Shown in pieces: positions 6,981 to 12,676 of a stretch of DNA of 12,676 nt; position 1 is the stretch's first letter, and each line of letters opens with the position of its first letter. The stretch comes from Leidyana gryllorum EB-2025a. Its lineage: Eukaryota > Protista > Apicomplexa. The stretch spans positions 1 to 12,676 of the forward strand of contig JBLWGC010000022.1 in assembly GCA_048772705.1 (NCBI GenBank), given 5' to 3'. Under the pieces are notes generated by a model that worked only from the letters and a program-made list of their open reading frames with translations, was not told the DNA's origin and did no database searches. Both the position numbers and the translations under genes were made by a program.

Positions 6981-7053
6981 TACCTACGGCGAGACACGAA
7001 CTCGCAACCTTTGGATTAGATGTCCAACGCGCTATCCATTGCGCCACGTAGGC
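6981..7053 (-). pseudogene. tRNA-Arg(TCT) with T33->A and A58->T
   Basis: GCCTACG/CGTAGGT-A, TTGGA-CA-TCT-AA-TCCAA, T-loop TTCGTGT. Confidence 0.8.
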
Positions 7054-7141
7054 CGCGGCTTTTCGAGTAGATTGAGATGACAACATTCACATTTTTGGAC
7101 CAGCGCCAGCCGGTTCTCTGCAGCCAAAGTTGCATGGAGTT

Positions 7142-7214
7142 TGGACGACCTGGGTATCGATCCCAGCACCTCTCGCATGCAAAGCGAGCGCTGCACCATC
7201 TGAGCTAGCCGCCC
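7142..7214 (-). tRNA. tRNA-Ala-TGC: tRNA-Ala(TGC), D-arm variant
   Basis: G3-T70 Ala identity pair, CTCGC-TT-TGC-AT-GCGAG, A54; D-arm GGTGCAGC instead of GGTAGAGC. Confidence 0.85.
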
Positions 7215-7274
7215 ATGCGTACAACATGGAAGACCTATTGCATCCAGTGGCTGACCGAGTGCCGATACCATGGC

Positions 7275-7354
7275 TGACAAGAGTGGGATTCGAACCCACG
7301 CCCTTTCGGACTGCGGCCTGAACACAGCGCCTTAGACCACTCGGCCATCTTGCC
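7275..7354 (-). tRNA. tRNA-Leu-CAG: tRNA-Leu(CAG), intact
   Basis: GGCAAGA/TCTTGTC-A, CTGTG-TT-CAG-GC-CGCAG, variable arm; identical to 11379-11458. Confidence 0.95.
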
Positions 7355-7449
7355 GCAGTCTTGTTGTTCGTCGCTCCACGCGGTTTTTGTCCCTAGAATC
7401 TCGAAACTGGTAAGACGTCTGAGGCTGAAGGCCGGCGTGTTTGGGAGCG

Positions 7450-7521
7450 TCCGAGATAGCATAGTGGTTAGTATTTCCGCCTGTCACGCGGAAGACCCGG
7501 GTTCGATTCCCGGTCTCGGAA
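7450..7521 (+). tRNA. tRNA-Asp-GTC: tRNA-Asp(GTC) variant (T11->C, G73->A)
   Basis: Full cloverleaf; discriminator changed. Confidence 0.85.
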
Positions 7522-7576
7522 CACAGTTGATTTCGCTTAAGATTCTCCCCTTTGGTTCCCGCTGAAAGTTGCGAGC

Positions 7577-7650
7577 TACAGCCACCGAGGATCGAACTCG
7601 GGACCTTCTGCGTGTGAAGCAGACGTCCGTGACCACTAGACCATGGCTGC
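7577..7650 (-). tRNA. tRNA-Val-CAC: tRNA-Val(CAC), 74 nt
   Basis: All stems pair; one extra D-arm base, as in 11087-11160. Confidence 0.9.
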
Positions 7651-7713
7651 AGCGAAGGTCCCGCAGACCAAGAGAAGTGGCGAGGTTTTACCAAGTAGTG
7701 AGGACTAGTTTTG

Positions 7714-7785
7714 AGGTCGCGCCGGGAATCGAACCCAGGTCGGGAGATTCAGAGTCTCCAGTGCTGACCACTACACCACGCAACC
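7714..7785 (-). tRNA. tRNA-Gln-CTG: tRNA-Gln(CTG), intact
   Basis: GGTTGCG/CGCGACC-T, GGAGA-CT-CTG-AA-TCTCC. Confidence 0.95.
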
Positions 7786-7906
7786 CATCCAGTCCTTCCC
7801 AAAAAAAGAGTTGGTAGCGCCATCCGGACTAGCACTCCCTCAACTAGATCATCAGGATACGTGTTACCAGAGACACACGCGTTTTTCCCCAGTCCGCAAA
7901 CCCCGT

Positions 7907-7979
7907 GCAGCCATGGTCTAGCGGTCACGACGTCTGCTTCACACGCAGAAGATCCCGAGTTCGATCCTCGGTGGCTGTA
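7907..7979 (+). tRNA. tRNA-Val-CAC: tRNA-Val(CAC)
   Basis: Full cloverleaf, TT-CAC-AC loop. Confidence 0.92.
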
Positions 7980-8034
7980 GCTCGCAACTTTCAGCGAGAA
8001 CCAAAGGAGACAATTTTGAGCGGAACCAACTGTG

Positions 8035-8106
8035 CTCCGAGACCGGGAATCGAACCCGGGTCTTCCGCGTGACAGGCGGAAATACTAACCACTATACTAT
8101 CTCGGA
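8035..8106 (-). tRNA. tRNA-Asp-GTC: tRNA-Asp(GTC), intact
   Basis: TCCGAGA/TCTCGGA-G; identical to 11216-11287. Confidence 0.95.
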
Positions 8107-8201
8107 CGCTCGTGAATACCCCGGCCTCCAACCCCAGAAGACCTTCCATTTTGAGATTCCAAGTACAGGAAACGCGTGGAAGGGCGAGCCAACAACGTTC
8201 C

Positions 8202-8281
8202 GGAAAGATGGCCTAGTCGTCTCAAACGCTGTCTTCAGGCCACAGTCCGAAAGGGCGTGGGTTCGAATCCCATTCTTGTCA
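8202..8281 (+). pseudogene. tRNA-Leu(CAG) pseudogene
   Basis: D-arm decayed (GCCTAGTCGTCTCAAAC); 3' half near intact. Confidence 0.8.
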
Positions 8282-8374
8282 GCCGTTGTAGTCAGGACAA
8301 CCTGCGACTGGGTCCCAGCATGCCCCCGGCTAACTTTCGTCGATACAACTGATACATGATTCTCCATCTAAGTT

Positions 8375-8446
8375 GCCTTCTTAGCTTAGGGGCAGAGCGT
8401 TCGCTTCGTAAGCGAGAAGTCGCCGGTTCGATTCCGGCAGAAGGCT
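8375..8446 (+). tRNA. tRNA-Thr-CGT: tRNA-Thr(CGT), intact
   Basis: Identical to 2109-2180. Confidence 0.95.
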
Positions 8447-8512
8447 TTGTTGCATCGATAGGCTTAAGAGGATTGGCTGTCACCACGTACAAGATTCACA
8501 AGATCGTGTTCT

Positions 8513-8580
8513 ACATCTGTGGTCTAGTGGAAGAGTCGCTCGGTGCCATCGAGATAACCTGTGTGCGATTCCCGACTGCA
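8513..8580 (+). pseudogene. tRNA-Gly(GCC) pseudogene
   Basis: Shares lesions with 1973-2042 plus a 3' deletion. Confidence 0.8.
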
Positions 8581-8624
8581 AAATGGTAGCATGATGAGTT
8601 GGTCGGCGGTTTCGATTCCGACCG

Positions 8625-8697
8625 TGGGAGTGGAGAGGATCGAACTCTCGACTTCAGGATTATGAGACCTACGCGCTACCGGCTGCGATACACTCCC
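8625..8697 (-). tRNA. tRNA-Met-CAT: Elongator tRNA-Met(CAT), G10->T variant
   Basis: Two changes versus 1856-1928. Confidence 0.85.
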
Positions 8698-8842
8698 TAG
8701 TGGAACTTCTCTCGATGGATCTCCTCCTGTCAAAAGGGTGCACGGAGATGCTGTATCCACAACAAGGAAGCCAGCTGAGACAAAAACTGAGTTGCAGCAA
8801 TCGTCGAGCAATCGTGAGGGGCTGGAACCCGACCAGTCGCCC

Positions 8843-8915
8843 AGACGCTACTGGGACTCGAACCCAGAATCCCCGGTTCCGTAGACCAATGCCATATCCA
8901 TTAGGCCATAGCGCC
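8843..8915 (-). tRNA. tRNA-Arg-ACG: tRNA-Arg(ACG)
   Basis: GGCGCTA/TAGCGTC-T, loop CT-ACG-GA, CTGGG-TTCGAGT-CCCAG. Confidence 0.88.
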
Positions 8916-9239
8916 AATCAACGGAGCCGTCGAATGAAAGTGTACAACCATCAAGAGAGAGTTCCATTAGAGACACCGGAGACATATTGGCCGAGCAGCG
9001 AGACTGGCTTCGCACGGCCACAGCTGGCTGTTGCAACCACTAGACGACTCGGAAAATCTGCAAGTAGCTTTCAAGGCAATGGGGCATGAATCAGGATGAA
9101 ATGTAACAGGAGCGTTAGATGTTCTCTAAATGAGCTACTACATGCCGTCCGAATTCTGTGAGCATACAGACCGGTTCATAGAACCAGGCTCATCGGATAC
9201 GTGATTCGAAAGACATACGCCACTTTCACGAAGCTCCGT

Positions 9240-9312
9240 ACAGCCATAGTCTAGTCGTTACGACGTCTGCTTAACGCGCAGAAGGTCCCGAGTTCGATCC
9301 TCGGTGGCTGTA
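9240..9312 (+). tRNA. tRNA-Val-AAC: tRNA-Val(AAC) variant (D-loop GG->CG), possibly nonfunctional
   Basis: Val body, loop TT-AAC-GC, intact T-arm. Confidence 0.75.
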
Positions 9313-9367
9313 GCTCGCAACTTTCAGCGAGATCCAAAGGAAACAATCCTAAGCGCAACAAACTGTC

Positions 9368-9438
9368 CCCCGAGACCGGGAATCGACCCTGCTTTTCCGC
9401 GTGATAGGCGAAAGAACTAACCACTATACTATCTCGGA
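9368..9438 (-). pseudogene. tRNA-Asp pseudogene with ATC anticodon
   Basis: Loop CT-ATC-AC; T-arm CAGGGTCGATT. Confidence 0.8.
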
Positions 9439-9532
9439 CGCTCTGCACACGCCGGCCTCCAACCCCAAAAGTCCTTCCATTTTGAGATTCCAAGCACAGA
9501 AAACGCGTGGAGCGGCGAACCAACAACATTGT

Positions 9533-9588
9533 GGCAAGATGGCCGAGTTGTCTAAGGCGCTGTGCTCAGACCGCAGTCCGAAAGGGCG
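9533..9588 (+). pseudogene. 3'-truncated tRNA-Leu(CAG)
   Basis: Matches Leu up to the end of the variable arm, then unrelated sequence. Confidence 0.8.
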
Positions 9589-9632
9589 AGGATCTGGGGT
9601 TGAGCCGTTCGAACCCCGGAGCTGTTGGACGG

Positions 9633-9712
9633 CCGGGGGTAGCTCAGTTGGTAGAGCATCTGACTGTAGTGCTGGCATCAGATAGTCGGCGGTTCGATTC
9701 CGTCCCACCGGA
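9633..9712 (+). tRNA. tRNA-Tyr-GTA: tRNA-Tyr(GTA) with 7-nt intron (9670-9676)
   Basis: C1-G72, A73, TCTGA-CT-GTA-G[TGCTGGC]A-TCAGA; one acceptor mismatch (G5-A68). Confidence 0.88.
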
Positions 9713-9807
9713 AGTAGAGTGGTGATTGGCCAAGTACTTGATGGTTTTGGCAGACAGCGTTGATAGGCCAAGTAGACTACTCCGGCGAGGGTTCCATCTA
9801 TGTAGTT

Positions 9808-9879
9808 CGGATGGGCTGAGAATCGATCCCAGAACCTTTCGTATACTAAGCACCGTTTCATCATCTGGGCTAGCCTCCC
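9808..9879 (-). pseudogene. Degenerate tRNA-Ala (probably AGC-derived, now AGT)
   Basis: GGGAGGCTAGCCCAGATG...CTGGGATCGATT with A54. Confidence 0.65.
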
Positions 9880-9968
9880 GCTGTGCCTACCTCATGGCAT
9901 TGAGTGATACTTCACATAGTGAGACGAGTCTCTCGACTGTACCCAGCGGGTTGAACCACCGGCTAGGC

Positions 9969-10040
9969 GGCTGTTTGGTCTAGTGGTATGATCCTTCCTT
10001 AGGGTGGAAGGAGTCCTGGGTTCGATTCCCAGAACAGCCC
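9969..10040 (+). tRNA. tRNA-Pro-AGG: tRNA-Pro(AGG), intact
   Basis: GGCTGTT/AACAGCC-C, CTTCC-TT-AGG-GT-GGAAG. Confidence 0.95.
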
Positions 10041-10173
10041 TCTTGGTTGTCGGTTGACCCCATGGGATAAGCAGTTTTAGAAGTAACACAGCCACCTCGT
10101 TACCACTTCGGCACTCAAGGCAATTAACATTTCGAGAATCGTATTTCGGCTTCCTCTTCCATGTTGCAGACTA

Positions 10174-10245
10174 AGCAGTATAGCTCAGTGGAAGAGTGTT
10201 GGGCTCATAACCCAAAGGTCCGTCGATCGAAACGACGCACTGCGA
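10174..10245 (+). tRNA. tRNA-iMet-CAT: Initiator tRNA-Met(CAT), two acceptor-stem mismatches
   Basis: A1, GGG/CCC anticodon stem, T-loop ATCGAAA; 1-72 and 7-66 unpaired. Confidence 0.8.
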
Positions 10246-10294
10246 AGTGTGCGCAGGAGGGAAACAGCTATAGAATTGATTGGGTCGTGACCAA

Positions 10295-10366
10295 AGCCTT
10301 CTGCCGGAATCGAACCGGCGACCTTTCGCTTACTAAGCGAATGCTCTGCCCCTAAGCTAAGAAGGC
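10295..10366 (-). tRNA. tRNA-Thr-AGT: tRNA-Thr(AGT), intact
   Basis: Identical to 6703-6774. Confidence 0.95.
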
Positions 10367-10442
10367 AATGCACGCCAAAGATCACGAGTCAGTCACTATT
10401 GACGGAGGTTACTGGAGCACTTTGCTCGAATGGTCCAATGAC

Positions 10443-10515
10443 TTCCACTGCCGCGACTTGAACCCGGATCGTGCGGGTGAGAGCCGCATATCCTAGCCAC
10501 TTAGACTACAGTGGA
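10443..10515 (-). tRNA. tRNA-Glu-CTC: tRNA-Glu(CTC), one T-stem mismatch
   Basis: Glu body, CT-CTC-AC, T-stem 3' strand CGCGG. Confidence 0.85.
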
Positions 10516-10632
10516 CGAGTGGTTGAGTTGGGGCTTCGGCCGAGAGCCGTGCCGTCTTGGAAAATATGGAATGTCGGTATGATCAAGTGAGTGGATCTCT
10601 GATACAGATTCGGACTTAGTAACTCCGGAGCG

Positions 10633-10703
10633 TCCGAGATGGTATAGCGATTAGGATTTGCGCCTATCACGCGGAAGACCAGGGTCGATTCCCGGTCTCG
10701 GAG
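10633..10703 (+). pseudogene. tRNA-Asp pseudogene with ATC anticodon
   Basis: Loop CT-ATC-AC; T-arm CAGGGTCGATT as in 9368-9438. Confidence 0.8.
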
Positions 10704-10758
10704 CACACTTGGTTGCGCTTAGGATTGTTTCCTTTGGTTCTCCCTGAAAGTTGCGAGC

Positions 10759-10831
10759 TACAGCCACCGGGGATCAAACTCGGGAACTTCTGTGTGTGAA
10801 GCAGACGTCGTAACCACTAGACCATGGCTGC
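10759..10831 (-). pseudogene. tRNA-Val(CAC), probable pseudogene
   Basis: T-loop TTTGATC, anticodon-stem and T-stem mismatches. Confidence 0.78.
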
Positions 10832-10951
10832 ACGGGGTTTGCGAACTGGGGAAAAAGGCGTGTGTCTCTGGTAACACGTATCCTGATGATCTAGTTGAGG
10901 TAGCGCTAGTCCGGATGGCTCTACCAACTCTTTTTTGGGAAGGATTGAATG

Positions 10952-11023
10952 GGTTGCGTGGTGTAGTGGTTAGCACTGGAGACTCTGAATCTCCCGACCT
11001 GGGTTCGATTCCCGGCGCGACCT
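10952..11023 (+). tRNA. tRNA-Gln-CTG: tRNA-Gln(CTG), intact
   Basis: One D-loop change versus 7714-7785. Confidence 0.95.
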
Positions 11024-11086
11024 CACAACTAATCCTCACTACTTCGTAAAACCTCGCCACTTCTCTTGGTCTGCGGGACCTTCGCT

Positions 11087-11160
11087 GCAGCCATGGTCTA
11101 GTGGTCACTGACGTCTGCTTCACACGCAGAAGGTCCCGAGTTCGATCCTCGGTGGCTGTA
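11087..11160 (+). tRNA. tRNA-Val-CAC: tRNA-Val(CAC), 74 nt
   Basis: All stems pair; extra D-arm base. Confidence 0.9.
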
Positions 11161-11215
11161 GCTCGCAACTTTCAGCGGGAACCAAAGGGGAGAATCTTAA
11201 GCGAAATCAACTGTG

Positions 11216-11287
11216 CTCCGAGACCGGGAATCGAACCCGGGTCTTCCGCGTGACAGGCGGAAATACTAACCACTATACTATCTCGGA
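11216..11287 (-). tRNA. tRNA-Asp-GTC: tRNA-Asp(GTC), intact
   Basis: Identical to 8035-8106. Confidence 0.95.
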
Positions 11288-11378
11288 CGCTCGCAAACAC
11301 GGCGGCCTTCAGCCTCAGAAGTCTTGCTATTTTGGCTCACGGACAAAAAAGCGTGGAGCGACGAGCCAACAACGGTGC

Positions 11379-11458
11379 GGCAAGATGGCCGAGTGGTCTA
11401 AGGCGCTGTGTTCAGGCCGCAGTCCGAAAGGGCGTGGGTTCGAATCCCACTCTTGTCA
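11379..11458 (+). tRNA. tRNA-Leu-CAG: tRNA-Leu(CAG), intact
   Basis: Identical to 7275-7354. Confidence 0.95.
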
Positions 11459-11762
11459 GCCATTGTATCGGCATTCGGTCAGCCACTGGATGCAATAAGG
11501 CAAGCTTGCTGGCTGTATGGGGAGCCACTGCCGCGCAAGTCGAGTTGAAGTGGTTTTCCTTCGCTTGTGGGAGTGTTGCTCGATTCGATTCCCGAAAAAT
11601 CCGTTTTTGAGTATGTTGCAGACAGCTCAACGCAGAAAACGCCCGAGTCTCTCGGGGTGCTGCAGCTCTTACGCAATTGCACTTGTGGTCTAAGGGTGAA
11701 TTACGACCTTGGAAGGGTCCAAAAGCACAAGGGCCGCTGAGAGAGTACGGTGTCGCAGAACC

Positions 11763-11835
11763 CGGTCCTGTCAGGTTTCAAACCTGCGACTTTGTGGTTA
11801 AAAGCCACACGTTCTGCCGACTGAGCTACAAGACC
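11763..11835 (-). pseudogene. tRNA with TTT (Lys) anticodon, probable pseudogene
   Basis: GGTCTTG/CAGGACC-G, TGTGG-CT-TTT-AA-CCACA; T-loop TTTGAAA, D- and T-stem mismatches. Confidence 0.8.
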
Positions 11836-11952
11836 CAGCTACAATATTTCAGAGGTGAGTTTAGAGACCCTCCTCTTTCTAGCGCAGAATTCTGCAACCC
11901 ACTGTGGTCAGGAATGTTGGTTTAACATCTTCTAGTGTTTCAGCCCAACTTC

Positions 11953-12024
11953 AGGGCACGCGGGAAGTTGAACCACGGACTTGCTAATCTGCAGTCAATT
12001 GCTCTACCACTGAGTTACGTACTG
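11953..12024 (-). pseudogene. tRNA-Cys(GCA) pseudogene
   Basis: CTCAGTGGTAGAGCA...CT-GCA-GA, T73; acceptor and T-stem decayed. Confidence 0.75.
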
Positions 12025-12120
12025 ACTAGTCGCCTCTCATACTCGCTCAACTTGACCCTGTCTTCTCATTCGAAGCAAAACGCCCGTTATTGTGTACGAG
12101 CTTCAACAACAAGGTGTTAC

Positions 12121-12191
12121 GCATCTGTGGTCTGGTGGTAGAATGTCTCGTTGCCATCGAGACGACCTGGGTTCGATTCCCGGCAGATGCA
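12121..12191 (+). tRNA. tRNA-Gly-GCC: tRNA-Gly(GCC), A14->G variant
   Basis: Two changes versus 935-1005. Confidence 0.88.
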
Positions 12192-12255
12192 GAGGAGATA
12201 GCACATGGTGGAGTTTTATGCGTGAGTTGGTGTTTGACCCTCCGATCTCATCGCA

Positions 12256-12336
12256 CGACAACTGCTGGATTTGAACCAGCGCGGGCCAGGCCCAGTAGAT
12301 TTCAAGTCACCCCCTTAACCACTCGGGCAAGTTGCC
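12256..12336 (-). pseudogene. tRNA-Ser(TGA) with 1-nt anticodon-stem deletion
   Basis: Ser(AGA) body, GT-GA-CT-TGA-AA-TCTAC. Confidence 0.8.
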
Positions 12337-12401
12337 AACGGTCGAACTCGGCATCCCGCAGACAGTGGCTTCACATACGGTTCAGCAAGCTTGACTCGGA
12401 C

Positions 12402-12468
12402 CGGTCGCGCCCTAAGCTGCGGTCTCTCCATTGAAAGTCTTGCGCTCTACCGACGGAGCTGGCGCGGC
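12402..12468 (-). pseudogene. Degenerate tRNA-Lys-like pseudogene, copy of 11-80
   Basis: GCCGCGCCAGCTCCGTCGGTAGAGCGCAAGACTTTCAAT. Confidence 0.55.
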
Positions 12469-12676
12469 AAGGAAGCTCGGACTTGGTAACAAGTTCCTTT
12501 CGTATTGGTCGCAAAATGTTGCGGCTTCCTTCGGGTCCAGCGCAACTCTTTATCAGAGATCCACTCACTTGGTCACGCCCGGGTCGACGCCTTTTCAACG
12601 CTGCGCCGTCTACAGCTGTCCGCTAGTGTCTGAATCTCAGGGGAGATCCAGCATCCGGGTCGGTGCCATCTGTCGT

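Larger units (their letters stand above)
7236..8112. repeat. Leu-Asp-Val-Gln-Val-Asp block, inverted partner at 10627-11497
   Basis: Reverse-complement identity of genes and spacers. Confidence 0.92.

Noticed and set aside
9590-9625. GTTCGAACCCC motif after the truncated Leu
   Set aside because: Cannot be joined to the Leu 5' part as a credible intron-split T-arm; no acceptor complement follows
11530-11600. Possible tRNA remnant ending in TTCGATTCCCG
   Set aside because: Only a B-box-like motif; no supporting stems or assignable isotype
12256-12336. TGA-containing Ser gene as suppressor or Sec tRNA
   Set aside because: TGA is the anticodon, which reads the Ser codon TCA; the body is ordinary Ser
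1-12676. Bacterial, phage or organellar tRNA array
   Set aside because: No encoded CCA on intact genes, a canonical 37/38 intron, eukaryote-type initiator with A54, and A34 anticodons (AGA, AGT, AGG, AAC)
1-12676. CRISPR array or tRNA-derived SINE family
   Set aside because: Repeats are full tRNAs of many isotypes in mixed orientation; no constant repeat-spacer period, no common SINE body, poly-A tail or target-site duplications seen

Overview
This window has no credible protein-coding gene. It is a dense eukaryotic tRNA gene/pseudogene array: about 75 tRNA-derived elements in 12.7 kb (about one per 170 bp), on both strands, covering 18 amino acids plus initiator Met (no His or Trp seen). 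Roughly half fold into intact or near-intact cloverleaves; the rest are point-mutated, truncated or internally deleted. Eukaryotic signs: no encoded 3'-CCA, a 37/38 intron in tRNA-Tyr, A54 in initiator Met and Ala. From memory the Asp/Gly genes resemble alveolate tRNAs (dinoflagellate-like host is a guess). The array is built from shuffled multi-gene modules (Leu-Asp-Val, Ser-Gly, Thr-Glu, Met-Gly-Thr) in direct, tandem and inverted copies, including two palindromes centred on tRNA-Gln. Notable oddities: an intact Thr-body tRNA with an Arg(TCT) anticodon, other anticodon shifts, a 7-nt Tyr intron, a general lack of oligo-T terminators, and a motif resembling the dinoflagellate spliced leader upstream of tRNA-Leu. 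All coordinates were read by hand and may be off by 1-2 nt; ends of degenerate copies are less certain.
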